DNA of 64,000 bases from Eledone cirrhosa (Eukaryota): assembly GCA_964016885.1 (NCBI GenBank), contig OZ024742.1, forward strand, positions 127,844,001-127,908,000, read 5' to 3'. Both the position numbers and the translations under genes were made by a program. The notes beneath the pieces are model-generated. The model was not told the DNA's origin, ran no database searches, and worked only from the letters and a program-made list of their open reading frames with translations. Positions 14,977 through 26,900 of the stretch are shown piece after piece; the stretch's first letter is position 1, and each line of letters begins with the position of its first letter.

Positions 14977-17900
14977 GGTTTAATCGATATAATTATATAT
15001 ATATATATATAATTCTGACGTCACCAGCCCTGTCTCCACATGTGCGTTTTATTTTCATAATTATGCATGATGTCGAACTAGCCTGCTTTTAAATTCCCTT
15101 TTTGGCATATTATAATCAGTGAGATTTTGGTTATCGTGTTGAGCTCTGCTGATGATCGAATCCAACCGTGACCATCCCCACTGAAAGTTTCGTGAAATAG
15201 TCTTTTCAAAACTATACAGAGCATTTGTAGTTTTTACAAATTGAAGGATGAGTATTTTAAACTTTATTTTATCATGAGTTAAGGCTCTATTGATTTTTCC
15301 CTGAATTTCACTAAATTCTGTTGGATGAATCTATATCCTGATTCTTTTTGAATTGAGTTTGAATTATTTTTCCCACATCTTACGTTAACTATTTTCCTAT
15401 TTTGACGCTATAGTCACTTATATATATTATGAAATACTGTGTGCTTCTTGCTCATAATAATTTCTATACTTTTCATTTATATATATATATAGTGAAGCAT
15501 ATAAACAATATGCCCCCCCCCCCCACCGCAAGGTGGTCGTGGAGGTGCCACGGCAAAAAAGCACCCAGCCCACACTGTAAAGTGGACGTGTAGGCGCCAC
15601 GAAAAAGCACCCAGCACTCACTGTAAATGAGGTTGGTGTTAGGAAGGGCATCCAGCTGTAGAAATCAAGCCAGATCAGTTCCTGTATGAGCAAGGCATGG
15701 TCAGCCGACCAGACACTGCCCACAACAGGACAACCCGTCTAACCCATGCTAGCGTGGAAGAACGGACGTAAAACGGTGATGATGATGATGATGATAGTAT
15801 ATTTAGGTTTAATCGATACATAAAAAGTATATCTCAATTATGTTTCTCAATAAAAAAAAAAATCTCCATGAACATTCGTTCAGGGCATCATTTATACAAG
15901 TTTGAACAATATATAAAAAGGGGTTTATATCAGTTGAGAAACTATTAGTATTTTGTACAGAGCAAATAATATGTAAGTAAATATACTTACTTCAAATAAT
16001 TGTTTCTACTTTTGGCACAAGGCCAGCAATTAAATCAGTACATTACTGGTACTTTATTTTATCGACCCCGTAAGGATGAAAGGCAAAGTGAACCTCGGTG
16101 GGATTTGGACTCAGATCATAAAGGGGCATAACACTATGCTGCAAAGCATGGCATCCAACCTTCTACCGATACTGCCAATTCCCCCAAATAATATACTTAC
16201 TTCAAATAATATAATTACTTCAAGATGGTAACAAGCTTAGAATTCCTAAAGAATTCTAGGCTTGTTACCATCTTGAAGTATATTTACTTATATATCAATT
16301 GCTCTGTGTATATATATACAAAATACTAATAGTTTCTCAATTGATATATACATACACACATTATTTATTTTTTAAAGTTTGTTTTGCAATTAATTTCTAG
16401 CTAATCTCTTGTCTTCTAAAAAGGTCAATTTTCTCTCTCTCTCCCTCTCTCTCCCTCTCTCTCTCCACACCCACACACATCCATACATACATTCACAAGA
16501 AAAATAAACTCTACAAGTTTGGCGTGGGACTTCACCAAGTTGTCTCACACTTAATGAGAGAATTACTTGTTTATTGGGAAACTGGGAGACTACACTAATT
16601 AATAACACACTCTATATTAATTAACAACTCACTTTACACTAATTTATATTACACCCGACACTAATTAATGACACATCATCATCACCTTTTAACATCCATT
16701 TTTCCATGCTAGCATGGGTTAAGTCATACAGAACTGTTTCTGGTTTGGTTTCTACAGCTGAATGCCCTTCTTAATGCCAACCACATTTACAGTATGGACT
16801 GGGTGCCTTTTATAATGGCACCGACATAACTACTTTACAGTATGGACTGGACAGTTTTTGTTATGTCACCTACACAACCACTTTACAATGTGGATTGGGT
16901 GCTTTTTATCATATCACCAGCAGCAAAACCACTTTACATTGTGGACTGGGCACCTTTTGCTGTGGTCCCAAAGTAACAACTTTGCAGTGTGGATTGGATG
17001 CTTGGCACCAAAATGGCCACTTTTTGTCCATCATGACCCCCTTATAGGTTGGACTAGATGCTTTTATCATGACTGCATCACAACCACTTTACTAGGTTGG
17101 CTGAGCACTTTTGTCATATTACCAACCCACCCACTAATTAATAACACACCCTACACTAATTAATAACACACCCTACACTAATTAATAACATACCCTACAT
17201 GTAGGATGTTGGAATTGATCCCAAGACCAGTTAGTGTATTGTGTTCTTCAGCATATCACTACATTTCACATTATTCCAAACCATTCAGCTGAAAAAATAA
17301 CATCAAAAAGTTGGGGGTTGAACCTTGGGGTGGGGTTGATGGTGCTTAATGTGTGATGGAACTGGGATATGCTATGGGCTGCTAAGCCTCTAGGTGTAAA
17401 ACAATGCTTTCTTATAGATAGGTGGGTATAAAATATTTTATATATGTAATGAAGGAATGAAAGAAGATTATCAGATTATGCTGCAAAGAACCATGGAGAA
17501 GTGGACATAAAATGATGATGATGATAAGGGAAGGGAAAGCAAAGACAATCCATACCTGTAAAGATATCAGAACAATGAAGTAAATTAAATAAATATATAG
17601 CTGAGATATCTATTAGAGCTGCTAGCTTCAACTCTCAACAAATAAAAATGGAAAGTATTTTTGGTGACAGTAGGCAGGATTTGAACTCAGACTACACAGA
17701 GCCAGAACAAATACCACAAGGCATCCCATCCAGCACTTTAACAATTCCTCTAACCCACTGCCTCTGACTGGAACTTTATTTGATGCAGGTTAATCTCTGT
17801 AGGATTTGATTTCAGTGCACAGAACCAGAACAAATATTGTGAAGCTGATGCTCTAATGACTGCAAAATGTGTAATAGAAATTAAAAAATTACACTAAATG

Positions 17901-20900
17901 AATGTTCCTCCTTCATTATGAAAGAGGAGCCTCACTTCATGCACATACAATGAAATGAAGAGCAATGAAAATAATTCAGTTTTATGTCTGTGTGCATGAA
18001 GAAGGCTTGTTAAGGCAATTTTCACTTTGAATAGCCTAGGGTAATGAAGGCAGGAAATGCTGGACTGTGGGCCAATTTGAAGGTTTGAAGTTACGGCTTT
18101 TCTCTTTTCCTTTTTCCTTTTCTGTTGCTCTATGCACCCTGCTTCATAGCTGTTGACCATGGAGCAAACAAGAGACCTCCATAGAGATCTGTCCTGAACT
18201 GGAATTTCTCAAGCATGATGCTGGCTTTTGCAGCTTTTCAGACTTTCTTTCACAGAGTCCTTGTAGAGTTTTTGCAGTCTTTCCTGAGAATGCCTTCCCT
18301 TTTGGAGTTTGCAATGATAAAGTTTCTTTCAAGGAGCAATAATTTAAAAAATAATTCTACTATTTATTATATACTAATTGAAAATCACATGCTATGAATA
18401 CATACGCACTGACACAATTAGAGTGATATTTCAAGATATTTACTGCCTTGCATTACCTTTATTATAGAAATAATTTGTAACATGAGGACTTAATGAATTA
18501 TGAAATAAAACTTCCTTATTTACTGTTTTGACTGCTTCCTTTATGATGAGATAAATATATTTTTTAATTAGTAGATATCACCTTGGAAAATTTATTTTCA
18601 AGTTTGTATTTCTGATATTTTCACACCAATTAAATGAATTCACATGCATTGGAAAAAAAAAAACACTGTAATACCAGCTGTCAGTCCTGATTTTTTGCAT
18701 GTATTTGCAACATAAATAATGTATGCCTAATAATTTTTTTAATATGGGATTGCAAATAAACATTTTAGATATAATCTAATTTAATTAGATGGCAAGTATT
18801 TATTCCAGTTGCTTGCTTTCTGAGTTCAAGTCCTGCTGTAGTCAATCTTGCTTTTCATCATTGATAAATAAAGTACCAGTTTAGAGAAGTAGACTGGGAT
18901 AATTATTAGAGCATCAGTATTTGTTCTTTAAGTTATGAGTTCTAATCCCTCCCTGGCTTAATTCCATACTAGGTTACAAGCATTTCGGAAAGGTTTCTGA
19001 TTTGCATACACCTTCCTTCCTGCAGATTCTTGATGTAAATCCTAACAAAGCATTATTTGTATCCTTTCTAAATATTGCAGTCATGAGAAAAATAAGCTAA
19101 ACGTTTAAAAGTTAGATAAGAGTTTGAAAAATTACTTTCCTCAATGTGAAAATATTTAATGTTGTTTAATTCAAGAATTAATATTTTAGAATTATATTCT
19201 ATAATTAAAAGTTGTAGTTTTAGAATTCTTACTAGATCAGGAATAAGTCTCAAAGTTTCATAGGATTGAATAATTATGATTGTTATTGAAACAGGTGTGT
19301 GTGAAAGTAGTGAACTTGAAGAGTATTGTTTGAGAGTACCTTAAGGTACACTTGGATAGTATGATGGGGTACATTCGTATTCGATGGGTAATAAATAAAA
19401 AATAAACCAAATTGAAATGAAATTCTTTCTTTTTTATATCTAGAATAATAATGGGTTAAATATCACATAAATGGTTTTTCAACTTGATTTATAATGATGT
19501 TTTGATTCATTAATTAATTTAATCTAACATTATTTCTGATATAATGGCATCAATAAAACAGTCAAGTACTTAACATTATAGTGGCAAATAGTGTAGAAAC
19601 AGTTATTTTAGTGCTGTAGAAACAGTTATTTTAGTAGTGTAGAAACAGTTATTTTAGTGGTGTAGAAACAGTTATTTTAGTGCCGTAGTAACAGTTATTT
19701 TAGTAGCATAGAAACAGTTATTTTAATGGTGTAGAAACAGTTATTTTAGTGGTTAGAACCAGTTATTTTAGTAGTGTAAAAACAGTTATTTTAGTGGTGT
19801 AGAAACAGTTATTTTAGTGATGTAGTAACAGTTATTTTAGTGCTGTAGAAACAGTTATTTTAGTGCTGTAGAAACAGTTATTTTAATAGTTTAGAAATAT
19901 AGTTCTTTTAGTGTTGTAGAAACAATTATTTTAGTAGTGTAGAAACAGTTATATTAGTGCTGTAGAAACAGTTATTTAAGTAGTGTAGAAACAGTTATTT
20001 TAATGGTTAGAAACAGTTATTTTAGTGGTGTAGAAACAGTTATATTAGTGGTGTAGAAACAGTTCTTTTAGTGGTATAGAAACAGTTATTTTAGTGCTGG
20101 AGAAACAGTTATTTTAGTAGTGTAGAAACAGTTATTTTAGTGGTTAGAAGCAGTTATTTTAGTGGTTAGAACCAGTTATTTTAGTAGTGTAGAAACAGTT
20201 ATTTTAGTGGTGTAGAAACAGGTATTTTAGTAGTGTAGAAACAGTTATATTAGTGGTGTTGAAACAGTTCTTTTTAGTGGTATAGAAACAGTTATTTTAG
20301 TGCCGTAGTAACAGATTTTTACTGGTGCAGAAACAGTTATTTTAGTGCCGGAGTAACAGTTATTTTAGTAGTGTAGAAACAGTTCTTTTTATGGTATAGA
20401 AACAGTTATTTTAGTGCTGTAGAAACAGTTATTTTAGTAGTGTAGAAACAGTTATTTTAGTAGTGTAGAAACAGTTATTTTAGTGCTGTAGTAACAGGTA
20501 TATTAGTAATGTAGAAACAGTTATTTTAGTGCTGTAGAAACAGTTATTTAAGTAGTGTAGAAACAGTTATTTTAATGGTTAGAAACAGTTATTTTAGTGG
20601 TGTAGAAACAGTTATATTAGTGGTGTAGAAACAGTTATTTTAGTAGTGTAGAAACAGTTATTTTAGTGCCATAGTAACAGTTATTTTAGTAGTGTAGAAA
20701 CAGTTATTTCAGTGCTGTAGAAACAGTTATTTTAGTGCCGTAGTAACAGTTATTTTACTGGTGTAGAAACAGTTATTTTAGTAGTGTAGAAACAGTTATT
20801 TCAGGGGTGTAGAAAGAGTTAATTTAGTGGTGTTGAAACAGTTATTTTAGTAGTGTAGAAACAGTTATTTTAGTGGTGTAGAAACAGTTATTTTAGTGGT

Positions 20901-23900
20901 GTAGAAACAGTTGTTAATGTGCTGTAGTAACAGTTATTTTAGTGCTGTAGAAACAATTATTTTAATAGTTTAGAAATATAGTTATTTTAGTGTTCTAGAA
21001 ACAATTATTTTAGTAGTGTAGAAACAGTTATATTAGTGGTGTAGAAACAGTTCTTTTTAGTGGTATAGTAACAGTTATTTTAGTGTTGAAGAAATAATTA
21101 TTTTAGTAGTGTAGAAACAGTTATATTAGTGGTGTTGAAACAGTTCTTTTTAGTGGTATAGAAACAGTTATTTTAGTGCCGTAGTAACAGATTTTTACTG
21201 GTGCAGAAACAGTTATTTTAGTGCCGGAGTAACATTTATTTTAGTAGTGTAGAAACAGTTCTTTTTATGGTATAGAAACAGTTATTTTAGTGCTGTAGAA
21301 ACAGTTATTTTAGTAGTGTAGAAACAGTTATTTTAGTAGTGTAGAAACAGTTATTTTAGTGCTGTAGTAACAGGTATATTAGTAGTGTAGAAACAGTTAT
21401 TTTAGTGATGTAGAAACAGTTATTTAAGTAGTGTAGAAACAGTTATTTTAATGGTTAGAAACAGTTATTTTAGTGGTGTAGAAACAGTTATATTAGTGGT
21501 GTAGAAACAGTTATTTTAGTAGTGTAGAAACAGTTATTTTAGTGCCGTAGTAACAGTTATTTTAGTAGTGTAGAAACAGTTATTTCAGTGCTGTAGAAAC
21601 AGTTATTTCAGTGCCGTAGTAACAGTTATTTTACTGGTGTAGAAACAGTTATTTTAGTAGTGTAGAAACAGTTATTTCAGGGGTGTAGAAACAGTTAATT
21701 TAGTGGTGTTGAAACAGTTATTTTAGTAGTGTAGAAACAGTTATTTTAGTGGTGTAGAAACAGTTATTTTAGTGGTGTAGAAACAGTTGTTAATGTGCTG
21801 TAGTAACAGTTATTTTAGTGCTGTAGAAACAATTATTTTAATAGTTTAGAAATATAGTTATTTTAGTGTTGTAGAAACAATTATGTTAGTAGTGTAGAAA
21901 CAGTTATATTAGTGGTGTATAAATAGTTATTTTAGTGGTATAGAAACAGTTATATTAGTGGTGTAGAAACAGTTCTTTTTAGTGGTATAGAAACAGTTAT
22001 TTTACTGCCGTAGTAACAGCTTTTTTACTGGTGTAGAAACACTTATTTTAATAGTGCAGAAAGAGTTATTTTAATGGTGTAGAAACAGTTAATTTAGTGG
22101 TGTTGAAACAATTATTTTAGTAGTGTAGAAACAGTTATTTTAGTGGTGTAGAAATAGTTATTTTAGTGATGTAGTAACAGTTATTTTAGTGGTGTAGAAA
22201 CAGTTATATTAGTGGTGTAGAAACAGTTATTTTAGTAGTGTAGAAACAGTTATTTTAGTGCCGTAGTAACAGTTATTTTAGTAGTGTAGAAACAGTTATT
22301 TCAGTGCTGTAGAAACAGTTATTTTAGTGCCGTAGTAACAGTTATTTTACTGGTGTAAAAACAGTTATTTTAGTAGTGTAGAAACAGTTACTTCAGGGGT
22401 GTAGAAACAGTTAATTTAGTGGTGTTGAAACAGTTATTTTAGTATTGTAGAAACAGTTATTTTAGTGGTGTAGAAACAGTTATTTTAGTGGTGTAGAAAC
22501 AGTTGTTAATGTGCTGTAGTAACAGTTATTTTAGTGCTGTAGAAACATTTATTTTAATAGTTTAGAAATATAGTTATTTTAGTGTTGTAGAAACAATTAT
22601 TTTAGTAGTGTAGAAACAGTTATATTAGTGGTGTATAAATAGTTATTTTAGTGGTATAGAAACAGTTATATTAGTGGTGTAGAAACAGTTCTTTTTAGTG
22701 GTATAGAAACAGTTATTTTACTGCCGTAGTAACAGCTTTTTTACTGGTGTAGAAACAGTTATTTTAATAGTGCAGAAACAGTTATTTTAATGGTGTAGAA
22801 ACAGTTAATTTAGTGGTGTTGAAACAATTATTTTAGTAGTGTAGAAACAGTTATTTTAGTGGTGTAGAAATAGTTATTTTAGTGATGTAGTAACAGTTAT
22901 TTTAGTGCTGTAGAAACAGTTATTTTAGTGCTGTAGAAACAGTTATTTTAATAGTTTAGAAATATAGTTCTTTTAGTGTTGTAGAAACAATTATTTTAGT
23001 AGTGTAGAAACAGTTATATTAGTGGTGTAGAAACAGTTCTTTTAGTGGTATAGAAACAGTTATTTTAGTGCTGTAGAAACAGTTATTTAAGTAGTGTAGA
23101 AACAGTTATTTTAGTGCTGTAGTAACAGGTATTCTAGTAGTGTAGAAACAGTTATTTTAGTGCTGTAGAAACAGTTATTTTAGTAGTGTGTAGAAACAGT
23201 TATTTTAGTGGTTAGAAACAGTTATTTTAGTGGTTAGAACCAGTTATTTTAGTAGTGTATAAACATTTATTTTAGTAGTGTAGAAACAGTTATTTTAGTG
23301 CCATAGTAACAGTTATTTTAGTGTTGAAGAAATAATTATTTTAGTAGTGTAGAAACAGTTATTTTAGTAGTGTAGAAACAGTTATTTTAGTAGTGTAGAA
23401 ACAGTTATTTTAGTGCTGTAGTAACAGGTATATTAGTAGTGTAGAAACAGTTATTTTAGTGCTGTAGAAACAGTTATTTAAGTAGTGTAGAAACAGTTAT
23501 TTTAATGGTTAGAAACAGTTATTTTAGTGGTGTAGAAACAGTTATATTAGTGGTGTAGAAACAGTTATTTTAGTAGTGTACAAACAGTTATTTTAGTGCC
23601 GTAGTAACAGTTATTTTACTGGTGTAGAAACAGTTATTTTAGTAGTGTAGAAACAGTTATTTCAGGGGTGTAGAAACAGTTAATTTAGTGGTGTTGAAAC
23701 AGTTATTTTAGTAGTGTAGAAACAGTTATTTTAGTGGTGTAGAAACAGTTGTTAATGTGCTGTAGTAACAGTTATTTTAGTGCTGTAGAAACAATTATTT
23801 TAATAGTTTAGAAATATAGTTATTTTAGTGTTGTAGAAACAATTATTTTAGTAGTGTAGAAACAGTTATATTAGTGGTGTATAAATAGTTATTTTAGTGG

Positions 23901-26900
23901 TATAGAAACAGTTATTTTAGTGTTGTAGAAACAGTTATTTTAGTAGTTTAGAAACAGTTATAACGTGATTTATAATGATGCTGTTTTCAAGTTTTACCTA
24001 ATGCAATACAAAGATTCAAGACATTTTATTACATCATCATCATCATCATCATTTCATTTTACGTCCGCTTTTTCCCTGCTTGCAAGGGTGGGACGGGAAC
24101 TGATTCTGACTTGATTTCTACAGCTGGATGCCCTTCCTAACACCAACCTCATTTACAGTAAGTGCTGGGTGCTTTTTGCTGTGGCACCTCCACGACCACT
24201 TTGCAGTGGAATGATATGGACCCTAGTCCCTATCATCTCATTTCTACAGCTGAGTAAACTGGAGCAATGTGAAATAAAATGTCTTGCTCAAGGAAACAAC
24301 ACATCACCAGGTCTGAGAATTGAACTCACAACCTTTCGATTGCAAGGCCAATGCTCTAACCACTAAGCCATGTGCCTCCATATAAATACATTTTCTTTTT
24401 ATTCACTATGATAAAGTTTATGGCAGAGTTAGCATTTTTGTTGTTTTTGCTGGTGGTGTTGTTCCTAGTGGTGGTATTGTTGATGCTGTTGTTATCAAGA
24501 TTGTTGCTGTTGTTTAACTCCAGAGCAGTCTTGTTTGAGTAGTTTTATCATCAAAGGCATTCCAGCCATATCTTGTTATTTTCTGAAGGTGGAATTGTGT
24601 AACGTGATGAGATAAACACTTCCCTCAGAAATATTTATCTCCTATTTCATTCCTTATTAAAAGCCTACACACCATCTCATGTATGGTGTAGAAACATGTT
24701 TCATGGCCAAGGTGTTCTGTCCTACGTAATCTATATTAATATGTAAATAATCTGTGACGTGAGAATTTAAGAACAATAACCAAACCAAATAGTGGTTTAA
24801 CTGCAGTATTACTCTGGTCTTCAGCCATTCTGATCACATAAATATATATTTATTTTCTAATTAATTATAAGACTTTTGGGAGTTAGTTTTTTTACTTAAC
24901 GGAATAAATTATTTTGGTGATTCATTTAGTTTATTGTGAACATTGTGTATCTAGAACCACATTACAAAATATTTCCTTTAACCCTTTAGTATTTGCATTG
25001 TATTTTCGTGGTAAAGGCTTTATCTTACATAATTATCTCAAATATTATCAAATTTATGAGATTTTGATATTATTTATTTTGAGAACAATACTTTAACATT
25101 GGTATGAGCGACCGGTTATGGCCGGTTTAAACAGAAGAGGTGAGAGAATTCTGGCTGGATATAGCTGGTTTGAATGTAAAGGATTAAAAAAATACTAGGG
25201 TGTGATTTGGGTGAGATTTTGCTAATTTTTTTTTAAAGCCTTTACAAAACACTAAAAAAAAAAACTGTCTTTGGATTTTGCTTTGAACATCAAATTCAGA
25301 ATCTACAAAAAAAAAAAAAAAAATTAAATAATTTGTTTTATGTCGGGAACTGATTAAGGATAGGGAATAACTTGTATAGTTGCAGTATTTTTCGTTTTTC
25401 ATATATATTAATATATTTCATTCATATTCGAAGTGTATTATTTTGTTGCATTGGCAGTATCGGTAGAGGGCCGGACGCCATGCAAAGAGTTACGGCCCTT
25501 TATGGTCTAAGTTCAAATCCTGCCAAGGTTAACTTTGCCTTTCATCCTTACGGGGTCGATAAAATAAAGTACTACACTGGAATAATTGCTGGCCTTGTAC
25601 CAAAAGAAGAAACAATTATTTTGTTTGCATTAGAAAGCATTAGTTGTTTAAGTTTATGAAAATTAAATATGATGTTATTTCAGTTTTTATTTCAAGAATT
25701 AAAATATACTTTGAACTGCAAACAAGATCATCATCATCATCATCATCATCGTCGTCGTCGTCATCGTCGCCGTCATCATCATCATCATTATCATCATCAT
25801 TTTAACATCCACTTTCCCTGCTAGCAAGGATTGGATGGTTCTACATAGACCAAATCAATACTGAAGCAGTGGCTACTGATCTCCCAGACAGGCCAGGGAT
25901 CTGTCATCTCGCTTATGTATGGTTGTGCACAGGGGAGGTTGCCATGTCTTTGACACAACTGAGGCTCCTCATGACTCTTTGTTTGGCAAGATTTCTATCA
26001 CCAACCACTTCACAGGGGAACAGCAGCTAAGAGCATGTGTGGGGAGGGTCATGGGGTGTTTGAGAGGTTTAAATAAATCTGTGCTAGAACAAATAAGTCC
26101 CCATCTATGTTGAGTCTTCTATATTTGTGACATCATAAAGTGTGAATCATTGATTAGAAACATAATCTGAATATCAGAATGTTTTAGTTTAATTGGTAAT
26201 ATTTTCTGAAGGTGGAATTGTGTAACGTGATGAGATAAACACTTCCCTCAGTAATATTTATCTTCTATTTCATTCCTTATTAGAAGCCTACACACCATCT
26301 CATGTGTGGTGTAGAAACATGTTTCATGGCCAAGGCCTGCTGTCCTACTTAATCTATATTAATATGTAAATAATCTGTGACGTGAGAATTTAAGAACAAT
26401 AACCAAAACAAATACTGGTTTAACTGCACTATTACTCTGGTCTTCAGCCATTCTGATAACACACATACACGTATATATATATATATATTTATTTATTTAA
26501 TTAATTAATTAGTACATCACTCTAATTTATTTATACAAAAACAGGTTTTGCAATCTTTATAAAACAAAACAAAAATCAACATAAAACCTCTTATAATTAC
26601 CCTCCCCCACAGGCCATCTCACGTGTGGCGTAGATACACGTTTCATGGCCAAGGTCGACTAATTAATTAAATAAATATATATGTATATATATGTGTGTAT
26701 GTGTGATCAGAATGGCTGAAGACCAGAGTAATACTGCAGTTAAACCAGTATTTGTTTCTGTCATTGTTCTTAAATTCTCACGTCACAGATTATTTACATA
26801 TTAATATAGATTATGTAAGACAGCAGACCTTGGCCATGAAACATGTTTCTACACCACACGTGAGATGGTCCATGGGATTTTGATAAGTAGCAAGATCGCA

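Noticed and set aside
19068-19253. Identical 61-aa ORF here and at 30969-31154
   Set aside because: TTG-initiated, AT-rich, no recognisable motif; identity only reflects the inverted duplication
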